A stretch of 64,000 bases of DNA from Mobula hypostoma (taxonomy: Eukaryota). Under the pieces are notes generated by a model. That model did no database searches. It was not told where the DNA came from and saw only the letters and a list, made by a program, of their open reading frames with translations. The position numbers were made by a program, and so were the translations under genes. The stretch is taken from contig NC_086097.1 of the NCBI RefSeq assembly GCF_963921235.1, positions 38,938,001-39,002,000 on the forward strand, written 5' to 3'. This document shows, in pieces, positions 51,868 through 63,862 of this stretch. How positions within the stretch are numbered: position 1 is the first letter of the stretch; each line of letters opens with the position of its first letter.

Positions 51868-51928
51868 GTACTGCTGTCTGTATTTATTTTCTCCTAAGGA
51901 AATCATAAGCAAGCCAAAAGTGATTTTA

Positions 51929-51972
51929 TACACAGGCACACACACACGCGCGCACACACGCACACACACGCG

Positions 51973-52041
<69 letters not shown>

Positions 52042-52045
52042 GCAC
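51929..52045. repeat. (CA)n/(CG)n microsatellite
   Basis: Directly visible; it abuts the left end of the Tc1. Confidence 0.95.
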
Positions 52046-55000
52046 GCACCCCTGGTCAAAATTTCGGTTACTGTGAATAGCTTAGCGAGTAAAAGATGAA
52101 CTGTGATCATCTGTGGTCACTGTGGTTCCAGTGATCATAACACCATTAGTTTCAATTTGATCATGGACAAGGATAGATCTGGTCCTAGGGTTGAGGTTCT
52201 GAACTGGAAGAAGGCCAAATTTGAAGAAATGAGAAAGGATCTAAAAAGCGTGGATTGGGACAGGTTGTTCTCTGGCAGAGATGTGATTGGTAGGTGGGAA
52301 GCCTTCAAAGGGGAAATTTTGAGAGTGCAGAGTTTGTATGTTCCTGTCAGGATTAAAGGCAAATTGAATAGGAATAAGGAACCTTGGTTCTCAAGGGATA
52401 TTGCAACTCTGATAAAGAAGAAGAGGGAGTTGTATGAAATGTATAGGAAACAGGGGGTAAATCAGGTGCTTGAGGAGTATAAGAAGTGCAAGAAAATACT
52501 TAAGAAAGAAATCAGAAGGGCAAAAAGAAGACATGAGGTTGCCTTGGCAGTCAAAGTGAAGGATAATCCAAAGAGCTTTTACAAGTATATTAAGAGCAGA
52601 AGGATTGTAAGGGATAAAATTAGTCCTCTTGAAGATCAGAGTGGTCGGCTTTGTGCGGAACCAAAGGAAATGGGGGAGATCTTAAATAGGTTTTTTGCGT
52701 CTGTATTTACTAAGGAAGCTGGCATGAAATCTATGGAATTGAGGGAATCAAGTAGTGAGACCATGGAAACTGTACAGATTGAAAAGGAGGAGGTGCTTGC
52801 TGTCTTGAGGAAAATTAAAGTGGATAAATCCCTGGGACCTGACAGAGTGTTCCCTCGGACCTTGAAGGAGACTAGTGTTGAAATTGCGGGGGCCCTGGCA
52901 GAAATATTTAAAATGTCGCTGTCTATGGGTGAAGTGCCGGAGGATTGGAGAGTGGCTCATGTTGTTCCGTTGTTTAAAAAAGGATCGAAAAGTAATCTGG
53001 GAAATTATAGGCCGGTGAGTTTAACGTCAGTAGTAGTTAAGTTATTGGAGGGAGTACTAAGAGACAGAATCTACAAGCATTTGGATAGACGGGCTTATTA
53101 GGGAGAGTCAACATGGCTTTGTGCGTGGTAGGTCATGTTTGACCAATCTGTTGAAGTTTTTCGAGGAGGTTACCAGGAAAGTGGATGAAGGGAAGGCAGT
53201 GGATGTTGTCTACATGGACTTCAGTAAGGCCTTTGACAAGGTCCCACATGGGAGGTTAGTTAGGAAAATTCAGTCGCTAGGTATACATGGAGAGGTGGTA
53301 AATTGGATTAGACATTGGCTCAATGGAAGAAGCCAGAGAGTGGTGGTAGAGAATTGCTTCTCTGAGTGGAGGCCTGTGACTAGTGGTGTGCCACAGGGAT
53401 CAGTGCTGGGTCCATTGTTATTTCTCATCTATATCAATGATCTGGATGATAATGTGGTAAATTGGATCAGCAAGTTTGCTGATGATACAAAGATTGGAGG
53501 TGTAGTAGACAGTGAGGAAGGTTTTCAGAGCCTGCAGAGGGACTTGGACCAGCTGGAAAAATGGGCTGAAAAATGGCAGATGGAGTTTAATACTGACAAG
53601 TGTGAGGTATTGCACGTTGGAAGGACAAACCAACGTAGAACATACAGGGTTAATGGTAAGGCACTGAGGAGTGCAGTGGAACAGAGGGATCTGGGAATAC
53701 AGATACAAAATTCCCTAAAAATGTCGTCACAGGTAGATAGGGTCGTAAAGAGAGCTTGTGGTACATTGGCCTTTATTAATCGAAGTATTGAGTATAAGAG
53801 CTGGAATGTTATGATGAGGTTGTATAAGGCATTGGTGAGGCCGAATCTGGAGTATTGTGTTCAGTTTTGGTCACCAAATTACAGGAAGGATATAAATAAG
53901 GTTGAAAGAGTGCAGAGAAGGTTTACAAGGATGTTGCCGGGACTTGAGAAACTCAGTTACAGAGAAAGGTTGAATAGGTTAGGACTTTATTCCCTGGAGC
54001 GTAGAAGAATGAGGGGAGATTTGATAGAGGTATATAAAATTATGATGGGTATAGATAGAGTGAATGCAAGCAGGCTTTTTCCACTGAGGCAAGGGGAGAA
54101 AAAAAACCAGAGGACATGGGTTAAGGGTGAGGGGGGAAAAGTTTAAAGGGAACATTAGGTGGGGCTTCTTCACACAGAGAGTGGTGGGAGTATGGAATGA
54201 GCTGCCAGACGAGGTGGTAAATGCGGGTTCTTTTTTAACATTTAAGAATAAATTGGACAGATACATGGATGGGAGGTGTATGGAGGGATATGGTCCGTGT
54301 GCAGGTCAGTGGGACTAGGCAGAAAATGGTTCGGCACAGCCAAGAAGGGCCAAAGGGCCTGTTTCTGTGCTGTAGTTTCTATGGTTCTATGATTTCCAAA
54401 AGGCATAAAGTTAAAGATGACACATTTCTTTAATTTTTTAAGCAGCACTACTTTCTTTATTTCCATCTTTTACAGTTTCAAAATAACAAAAAAGGAAAAG
54501 GGTCCGAAGCAGAAGTTTGGGCACCCTGCATGGCAGTACGTAGTAACACCCCCTTTGGCAAGTGTCACAGCTTGTAAATGCTTTTTGTCGCCAGCTCAGA
54601 GTCTTTCAATTCTTGTTTGGGGGATTTTTGCCCATTCTTCCTTGCAAAAGGCTTCTAGTTCTGTGAGATTCTTGGGCTCTCTTGCATGCACTGTTCTTCT
54701 GAGGTCTATCCACAGATTCTCGATGATGTTTAGGTCGGGGACTGTGAGGGCCATGGCAAAACCTTCAGCTTGAGCCTCTTGAGGTAGTCCATTGTGGATT
54801 TTGAGGTGTTTAGGTTCATTATCCTGTTGTAGAAGCCATCCTCTTTTCATCTTTGGCTTTTTTTTTGTTTTACAGACGGTGTGATGTTTGCTTTCAGAAT
54901 TTTCTGGTATTTAATTGAATTCATTCTTCCCTCTACCAGTAAATGTTCCCCGTGCCACTGGCTGCAACACAAGCCCAAAGCATGATCGATCCACCCCCAT

Positions 55001-55936
55001 GCTTAACAGGTGGATAGGGATTCTTTTCATGAAATTCTGCACCCTTTTTTCTCCAAACATACCTTTGCTCATTGTGGCCAAAAAGTTCTATTTTAACTTC
55101 ATCAGTCCACAGTCCAAAATGCATCAGGCTTGTTTAGATGTTCCTTTGAACCTTTTGAATAGAACTTTTTGGCTGCAATGAGCAAAGGTATGTTTGGAGA
55201 AAAAAGGGTGCAGAATTTCATGAAAAGAACCCCTATCCACCTGTTAAGCAGGGGGTGTGGATCGATCATGCTTTGGGCTTGTGTTGCAGCCAGTGGCATG
55301 GGGGACATTTACTGGTAAGAGGGAAGAATGAATTCAATTAAATACCAGCAAATTCTGGAAGCAAACATCACACCGTCTGTAAAACAAAAAAAAAGCCGAA
55401 GATGAAAAGAGGATGGCTTCTACAACAGGATAATGAACCTAAACACACCTCAAAATCCACAATGGACTACCTCAAGAGGTGCAAGCTGAAGGTTTTACCA
55501 TGGCCCTCACAGTCCCCTGACCTAAACATCATCGAGAATCTGTGGATAGACCTCAAAAGAGCAGTGCATGCAAGATGGCCCAAGAATCTCACAGAACTAG
55601 AAGCCTTTTGCAAGGAAAAACGGGCAAAAATCCTCCAAATAAGAATTGAAAGACTTAGCTGGCTACAAAAAGCGTTTACAAGCTGTGATACTTGTCAAAG
55701 GGGGTGTTACTAAGTACTGCCATGCAGGGTGCTCAAACTTTTGCTTCGGGCCCGTTTGTTTTTTTTGTTATTTTGAAACTGTAAAAGATGGAAATAAAAA
55801 AAGTTTTCTTGCTTAAATTATTAATGTGTCATCTTTAGCTTCATGCCTTTTGGAAATCAGTTCATCTTTTACTCGCTTAGCTATTCGCAGTAACAGAAAT
55901 TTTGACCAGGGGTGCCCAAACTTTTGCATATCACTG
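52046..55936. mobile_element. Tc1-family (IR/DR type) fold-back element, left TIR split by a CR1
   Basis: Right end ...CCCAAACTTTTGCATATCACTG|TA. The left TIR lies at 52046-52103 and resumes at 54390. Tc1 motifs (KHGGGSIMLW, QQDNEPKH, WPSQSPDLNIIENLW) occur on both strands. Confidence 0.9.
52104..54389 (+). mobile_element. CR1 LINE, 5'-truncated and relatively young
   Basis: Long ORFs 52103-53101 and 53121-54146 (SSDHN, GNYRPVSLTS, YMDFSKAFDKV, SGVPQGSVLGP, KFADDTK) with few frameshifts, and a TTCTATGGTTCTA tail. Confidence 0.95.
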
Positions 55937-56144
55937 TATAATTTATTTTTTTTAATAAAAGGTATAATGATGTTGTTACTCTACCACTTCATTCATTTCA
56001 AGAATGACTGCAAGTGATTCAGAAAACTAACATTTAATGATTTTGTGTATTTGGCTCATTTGTTCACTTTTATGGGTTCTTTAGAAACTTGAACCCTGTA
56101 CTTAGTCTAACTCACTTGTAAGGTCCAGATTGGGCATTCATTTT

Positions 56145-56840
56145 GCAGTGTGAAGAAAGCACAGCAGTGCCCCTATTTCCTTAGAAGTTTGCAAAAATTC
56201 AGCATCTAAAACTATGACAAACTTCTATAGATGTGTAGTGCAGAGTATATTGATTGGTTACATTATGACCTGGTATGGAAACAACAATGCACTTGAAAGG
56301 AAAATCCTACAAAAGGTAATGGATAGGCCCAGTCCATTACGGGTAAAGCTCTCCTCACCTTTGAGCACATCTACAAGGACCGCTGTCGCAGGAAAGCAAC
56401 ATCCTCATATCAGCAACCCCCACCATCCAGGCCACGCTCTCTTCTTGCTGCTGCCATCAAAGTGGTCATATAGGAATTCAGGCCTCACACACCAGGTTCA
56501 GGAGCAGTTATTACTCCTCAACCATCAGGCTCTTGAACCAGAGGGGTAACTTCACTCAACTTCACTTGCCCCATTACTGAGCTGTTCCCACACACTATAG
56601 ATTCGCTTTCAGTAACTCTTCATCTTGTGTTCTTGATATTGCTCATTTCTTTATGACTATATTTTCTCTGTCTTTGTACTTGCGTAGTCTGTTGTCCTTT
56701 GCAAATGGGTTGTTGTTGGGTGTGGCCTTTGATTGTATTTGTTTCTTGGATTTACTGTATATGCCCACAAGGAAACAAATCTCAGGGTTATATATGGTAG
56801 CATACACAGTGTGCACTTCGATAATAAGTTTACTTTGTAC
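56145..56840 (+). mobile_element. Rex1/Babar LINE 3' fragment
   Basis: TNFYRCVVQSILIGYIMTWYGN...HPGHALFLLLPS. Confidence 0.7.
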
Positions 56841-57503
56841 TTTTTGTCACGCTCTATTGTAGCTTATGCATTATAAAACTGGACACACAAGCATGGCATG
56901 CAATCCACACTTTTCCTTTGTCTGCCAAATTGATCAGTTTGCACCCTCCAAATCCTACTTGCCAGTTTTTGGTCTGTGGATCTTAAGTGGTGTTATAAAT
57001 GCAATAAAGGTCCCTACAGTCCTTCCAGGCAGTAGGCTCCAGAGCAAACATCCAGCTGAGATGAGCTCTCTAATTCTTCTGATGAAAGTATTGCCATTGG
57101 AAAGATGAGTCTTCCATGAATAATGACTGTAATGGCCATTCATACCAGTGAGGATTGGGTTATTTATTGCTGGACCTCTTCACCACCTAATAAAATCCAA
57201 GTATGACAGGTTTTTTAAGAATTAAGTTCTTGGACTGTGCTATTGGTACGTGACAACTCTCTTGTTATTAAATTGTCTTCTCTTGATTCTTATATATAAT
57301 GCATCCTTGTGATTGGTTTCCAATCTGAATTCTTTGAAGAATGGATCACATTATCCTGTGGGATATTTTGAATTCCGATAGATACGACTAGATGCGTTTG
57401 TAAGAAAGGGGAAAAGTTTTTTTTTAAAAATAACATGGAATGAAAGTGGAGTTCAAAGATATCCACACCTATGAGTACTTTTTCTTTCAAAAACAAAATA
57501 CAG

Positions 57504-57677
57504 GAATGACTTTCCACGATAGAAACACCTCTGATGTGAGTATTGTTGGACAACGCATGACTTATGGAAATGGAATGCCATATTTTGAAGAGGAGAAACA
57601 AAATGAAATATTTCATGTTGGCTCTAAATTACATTCCAGAGAGCCTCAAAAAAGTACTAGTAATAAACCTGCAAAAG
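57504..57677 (+). CDS. TOGARAM1: TOGARAM1 exon 8 (possible cassette exon)
   Basis: aaatacag|GA...AAA G|gtaagt; 174 nt, phase 1 to 1, open in the correct frame. Confidence 0.7.
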
Positions 57678-57926
57678 GTAAGTATTATTGTTTATTCAAA
57701 ATACTTTTCACACAAATCCATAGCTGTATAACTGTTCATATACTTTAAGTATCTCCAAGTATTGATGCAACAAAGATATTCGTGTTAATCTATTGAAGTC
57801 CATAATGACAATATTATTTGTGTTATTAGAGCACAAAAGTCACATTTTGGATTATGGAAGTAGTAGCCACATTGTTTATCCATTCAAATTGTGTCCTTTT
57901 AACCGACTGTGTGTGTGGGTTGACAG

Positions 57927-58016
57927 GATCTACCATCAGCATGCAACAAGTGGGCAATCACGAGATCAATTCTGGAAATGAACACTATGAGAATTCTGTG
58001 GTTATAGTAGGAAAAG
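57927..58016 (+). CDS. TOGARAM1: TOGARAM1 exon 9
   Basis: ttgacag|GA...AAA G|gtaagt; 90 nt, phase 1 to 1; ENSVVIVGKG. Confidence 0.85.
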
Positions 58017-58029
58017 GTAAGTTTATTGA

Positions 58030-58320
58030 GCTTTATTTATTTATTTAGTGGTGCATCACCAAGTAGGCCCTTTCAGCTCTTTGAGCCATACTGCCCCAGC
58101 AACCCCACAACCCTCATTAACCCTAACCTAATTATGGGAAATTTGAAATGACCCATTAACCTACCTGGTACATCTTTGGACTGTGGGAGAAAATGAGAGC
58201 ACCCGGGGAAAACACGCATTCCACGGGGAGGACATACAGAGACTCCTTACAAAATGGAGCTGGAATTGAACTCTGAATGTCCTAAGCCGTAAGAGCGTTG
58301 CATTAATTGCTACACTGACA
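58030..58320 (-). mobile_element. tRNA-derived SINE, reverse orientation
   Basis: (TTTA)n tail then CTTTGGACTGTGGGAGAAA...GAGCACCCGG, the reverse complement of the SINE core. Confidence 0.7.
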
Positions 58321-58611
58321 AGGTGTTGTTTTCCTCCTGGGGTTCCTATTTCATCACAGTGAAAAATCTTTCGCTTTCATTCATTGAAAATCCTGTATAG
58401 CATGGAATTGTCATGGATAAGCAAGACAGTTTGGATTGTCAATATTTCTAATCTTTTAGTACTGTGAAAATTCTGCAGCCGTTCATTAATTCAGCTGATA
58501 GAAGATTATTTTTGTGTTGCTGTTTGTAGAAGTGTAATTCATTCGTTTTAATGACATGTATTGCAATTTCAGAATAAGTTATTTATTTGTAATTCCTTTT
58601 AATGTTTTTAG

Positions 58612-58790
58612 GTGTCTTTGGAAGTCCCCAGTCAGTTACCATAGCACACAACCAAGCTGTCACCCCATCGAATAGTGGTGATGATAAGTGTGACCGAAGG
58701 ACAACACTGGATCTTCCTTCAGGAATCTATGGAAGGGCTGTACCTCAGAATAGTCAAACCTGCTTTGATATTGTAGAGAGTGAGAGGGAG
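58612..58790 (+). CDS. TOGARAM1: TOGARAM1 exon 10
   Basis: tgtttttag|GT...GAG|gtaatt; 179 nt, phase 1 to 0; GVFGS...PSGIYGRAV. Confidence 0.88.
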
Positions 58791-60546
58791 GTAATTTCCA
58801 TAAATTGATAGATGGGAAGTGATCTGGAATGCAAGCAAAGTAAAATGTTATGAGGAATAATCCTGATCTGTTTATTCACAATGCATTTGATTCTGTTGAA
58901 ATGGTAAACTCAAAGTTTTATGTATATTTCTCAGTTTGAATTTAATGCTGAACTAGCTAACTTCAAATGTTGCCTCATTAATCTGGCATGACTTTTTCTA
59001 GATCAAGGCTTTGTAAATCTTGCTATTTAAAATAAATTTATTAATTTATTTTTATTTAGCTATACAGTGTGGAGTAGGCCTTTCTGGTCCTTCAAGCCAT
59101 GCTGCCCCAGTGCCCACACAACCCCAATTAACCTTTATCTAATGATTCAAAGAATACCAGTTAATTTTTTGTTATTTAAAATCCAGATGCCCAATTGTTG
59201 TGTAAAACCTTAATTTCTTCAATCAGAATGAAGGAAGTGGGAACAGAAGTAGATTATTTGGCTTCTTGTGTTTAACTGTTGTTCAGAAAAATCAGTTATG
59301 ATCTTCTACCTTGAATGCAGCTTTCGTACCCATTCCCTATATCTCTAGACTCCCTTAATATCTGGAAACCTATTCATCTGTGTTTAAAAATAAACAGTGA
59401 CTATTCTATCTCCCTCTGAGGAAGAGAATTCCAAATACTCACCACCCTCAGTGAATAAAATTCTTCTCATTTCAAAGACCACTCCACTCCAATTATTTTG
59501 AGACGATATTTCTTGACAAAGGGAAACATTTTTTTTTACCATTTTGACCTTTGTTTGCTATTTTTAATTGTCTTTCTCCAAGCCTCCTTATATTCCAGCT
59601 AGACTTCAGTTTAGGTTTCTCTTTGATTTTATTTTACTATTTGTTTTGCACCTTTCAGTCTCCTTGGTTATAAAGAAAATGTTACTTGCATAGTTTTCCT
59701 GGGTCCCAGCTCTATTCATGCTCTTGCTTTTGGTGACTTGCCACATAAAAAAACTAAGTGCCTAAATGTTCAATGACAAGTCTGACAAATGTTTGTGGAT
59801 ATAAAGTTACCTGCTGCAACAAATCACAATTAGTTAAATTTGATAGGACCTGAAAGAGCTGAAAGCAGTCACTTCTTAAAAGTAAAATAAATATTACTTT
59901 GTTATCAGGTATCTTGTGTTTCAGTCCAATTAGTTTGATTTTAGTCAAAAATGGATGCAGATACTGTCCGGGTTATATATGGGTTCTGATACTACGAATC
60001 CAATGTCTCCATAAATCAGAAACATGCCATATTGTATCACTCTACATATGTTTGCTGTAGTTTTATTTCATTAAATATTCACCATAACACTACACATAAT
60101 TTAACTAATAGAATATAAAACCGTATCCAGTCAGTACTGATACCATGAAATATTACTGGAGTTGAGGAGGGGATAATAAACAGTCCCTCGTATTTCTTCA
60201 GAATAGTGCATATAGATTATTTATGCTCATTAGCAACATGGCAGAGTAATACGAAGACACATAATAATGAGGAATGTATCTACTTTTAAGTTTATGATAA
60301 AGCATGGAATTGGATTGTAAAGTGGACATAGAGCTCCCACTTATATTACATATTTTTAAAAAATTGAAAACACCTGCAAGAATTTGTGGAAGTCAAATCA
60401 TTTGTAAAACAGGGAGTCTCTGAACTTAAATAAAATACTTCAAGTTTTAATATTCAGAAAATGTGCATTCATAATATAGAACTGAAAGTGTACAGCACTC
60501 TACTCTTTTTAAAGGGCGTAAGTGACTTAGATACACTATTTAGATA

Positions 60547-60757
60547 ACACATAAAAGTTGCTGGTGAACGCAGCAGGCCAGGCAGCATCTCTAGGAAGAG
60601 GTGCAGTCGACGTTTCAGGCCGAGTCCTGACGAAGGGTCTCAGTCTGAAACGTCAACTGCACCTCTTCCTAGAGATGCTGCCTGGCCTGCTGCGTTCACC
60701 AACAACTTTTATGTGTGTTGCTTGAATTTCCAGCATCTGCAGAATTCCTGTTGTTTA
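60547..60757. mobile_element. Penelope terminal repeat, inverted pair
   Basis: About 60547-60624 pairs with about 60641-60719. Confidence 0.8.
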
Positions 60758-60990
60758 CACTATTTAGATTCCTGCTTATATGTTCCTCCACCACTTAGTA
60801 TCCTAGAAATGTTTCCATTGCTGAGCAACAGATGTTACTGAAAGAAATCACACTAAACTTATTCAACTTTGCTCTTTGGGTCCCTGTTATATTTCTATTT
60901 CTGTGCTGATTTTCATGCTCTAAAGTACTTAAGATAACGTTTGGATATGCAGGTTAATATTTTACCGTTATTTTAAACTTCCTTTGAAAG

Positions 60991-61162
60991 ATTACTATGT
61001 CAAAATCAGCTCGGAATAAAATGAAGCAAAGGAAACAAACGGGAGGTCAACAGTGTCATACGGATGAATTAATAAACCATAGTTATAAAGATCCTGTAAA
61101 AAAGGAAGAAAGATTGCATGAAAGATTAAGAATTGCAAGTCCAGATGATGCTGCACCTGAAA
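60991..61162 (+). CDS. TOGARAM1: TOGARAM1 exon 11
   Basis: cttcctttgaaag|ATT...GAA A|gtaaga; 172 nt, phase 0 to 1; ITMSKSARNKMKQRK. Confidence 0.85.
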
Positions 61163-61598
61163 GTAAGATTCCAATGCCAATCAACTACTGTTGTTTTTGT
61201 CACTACAGCATTTGACTCCATTCCTTATAAATTTTTAATATTTATTCATTCTTTAAATTGTCTAAAATTTCAGAGAATTCTGTACTGTATGCTGGCTAGT
61301 TTATTGAGATTTTAGTTGTGTATTGTGACCAATAGAAAGAAAGTGGAAAGTTTATGAGACATTTTGTTGCTCTGAAATTTCAGTAGCTTTGGGAAAGTAA
61401 TTGGCAAGTGACATACTAATGGTGAATGTAGCCATTATTGGGGGATGAAAAATGATTTGTAAAATGGACATTTACATATTTATCTGACATATATATTTTT
61501 GAAAACAATTTGTATTTGGAAGAGTTTTGGTAAGATTTTTAATTCAAAGGATTTCTAATGCAAATTTTAACCAGATAACATTTGTCTTTATGATTTAG

Positions 61599-61736
61599 AG
61601 TTGGATGTTAATGGTGAAGCTTTCTTTGCATTGAAAACTGATTCTTCATCTGTGGAAGTGACCACTCCCAATCCTTCACAATTCAAACGTAGTGCTAGTG
61701 CGAGGAAAAGTCGAACTTCTAGCTCACCAAATTTTG
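61599..61736 (+). CDS. TOGARAM1: TOGARAM1 exon 12
   Basis: gatttag|AG TTG...TTT G|gtaagg; 138 nt, phase 1 to 1; FKRSASARKSR. Confidence 0.78.
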
Positions 61737-63164
61737 GTAAGGAGTTCAATGTAAAGGTTGCATTTAACGTTAGAAATGTGGTGTCTGATTAAATGCAAGA
61801 TTGCCAATCCAGTGTAATTTATATAGTTGTATTAAATAAGTGAATAACACCAAAACAATTACAGCTTTCATACTTGTACTAAAACTGTGACATGAAAATA
61901 CATATGTTGTTCAGATGATTGATTTCCTTTCCATAATGGATCACTGTGGTGTATTTCAATGTCTATTTCTTGTGTCTTCATGGTAATTTCTCCATTTCTA
62001 AGCTCCTGCCCAAACTTCAATGTATTAGCACTGAAATGCAATTAAGACCAACAAAATCATGGAACTAGAGGTACATTCATTTCTGGAGAGAGAAGTTTTT
62101 CAGCTAGTTATTTCTGGCAATTTGGTCTCACCAGCAGCATCAGTATTTATTCTCCTTTACTGTTTACTCTTGAGAACTGCATTTTTTAAAACCCAGCAGT
62201 CCTGGTGTTCTTGCATATATCTGTATATCATACAGTTTAATCAATATCTATGATGGTGAAGGTGTACCACTACTTTTGGAGAGAGACTTCTAAGATGCAG
62301 ACAGTTATGAAGAACTAGAGCTGTCTTTATTAATCAATATGGTGTGCATTTTGGAGAGGGACATGTTCTCCTTAGTTGCAGAGGTCACAGATTTGGGAGG
62401 TAATAAAGCAGCCTAGACTAGTACCTGCCATACATTTTGTAGATGGTACACTCCGCAGTCATTGTGTGCTGGTGGTTGAAAGAATTAATGTTTAGGTTTG
62501 TGAGTGGTGTAGGCTGTTTTATCAAGAGCTCTTGAATATTGTTGGAGCTTTGCACAAATGAAGGTTATTTTATATTTTTGACTTGCAGAAAGTGGAAAGT
62601 ATTTGAGTGGTTAGTAGGTAAGTCACTCGTTGCAGGGTATCCAGTCTCTGACCTGCTTTTGTTGCTACAGTATATATGTAACTGGTCCAGCTGAACTTCT
62701 AGTCAGTGGTAATATTACGATTTTGATAGTGTGTGCTCAATGGTAATGATGCCAGTGAATATCTCCCTTAACCTTCTCAGCAATTTAAAACATAACAGAT
62801 TTCTAACTTTTTCTCTATTCTAGTAAAAACTCACCAGCCTGCAACATTTATCAGGTTTCCATTTCTATACGTGCTGCCTGACCAGACTGTCTCCAACAAT
62901 TTCTGTTTCTTTGTTCTCAGACTCCATCTGTAGAGTTTTTCTTTCATAGTACAGTTGTTTATAGGTTAAAAGAAATTTGGCAAAATATTGCTAATAAAGT
63001 GAAATCCCAATTTGTTAGCAATGGCACAGAAAGCAGAAGTGGTGGTGAATTGTTGCTTTTAGTACAGGAAGAAAAGACATGCTAGTATTCTATTGGTGTT
63101 AGAACTTTGGTTCTTTCAATTAACTTGACATTAATGACCAAGACATCAGTATGTAGAACATAGG

Positions 63165-63345
63165 CACAAGAAATTCTGCAGATGTTGGAAATCTTGAACA
63201 ACAAACATAAAATGCTGGAGGAACTCCAAGTCAGGCAGCATCTATGGAGGGGTCGTGATGAGACCCTGCTTAAAATGTCAGCTGCATATTTCCTGTCATA
63301 GATTCTGCCTGATCTGCTGAATTCCCCAATATTTTGTGTGTTGCT
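63165..63345. mobile_element. Older Penelope terminal-repeat inverted pair
   Basis: TCTGCAGATGTTGGAAATC...AAAATGCTGGAGGAACTC...GCAGCATCTATG pairs with CATAGATTCTGC...ATTTTGTGTGTTGC. Confidence 0.6.
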
Positions 63346-63862
63346 TGGCTGCTTTCTGGGCACCATGTTTAAGGAATGATATGACAGCCTTGTCAAAGAT
63401 ACTCGAGCGATTTGTAAAAAGACATCAGGAATGATGGATTTAGTTATGTGGAAAGATGGGGAAAGCACTGTGAGTGGGTAGGACAAAGGGATTATCTCTT
63501 TGGAAGTGGTCCAGGATTGTTGTGGAGGGAAGCTGTAGGTGAACATATTTGATTGATCTTCACCCCATTGACAATCCTGGCATCACACTCCTAATTATCC
63601 TCTCTCACTGTCTCCACAACTTAAAACTGACTTGTTTTTCCCTCTCAACCTGAAATATTAACTTTTTTTTCCTTTCATATATTACTTGACCTGCTAAGTA
63701 TTTCCAGCATTTTCTGCTTTTGAGTGAATTAAAAATTGCTTCACAAGTGATTTTAATGGATTGTTGAAGTGGTATTTAAAATTCAATATAAACTTGTGTG
63801 TAATGCAAATCAAATCAAAATATAATTTCATAAAGTACTCCAAATTTTTTTATCCTTCATAG

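Noticed and set aside
59960..60425. Possible very old Tigger-like MITE
   Set aside because: The termini are too degenerate to define TIRs or a TSD.
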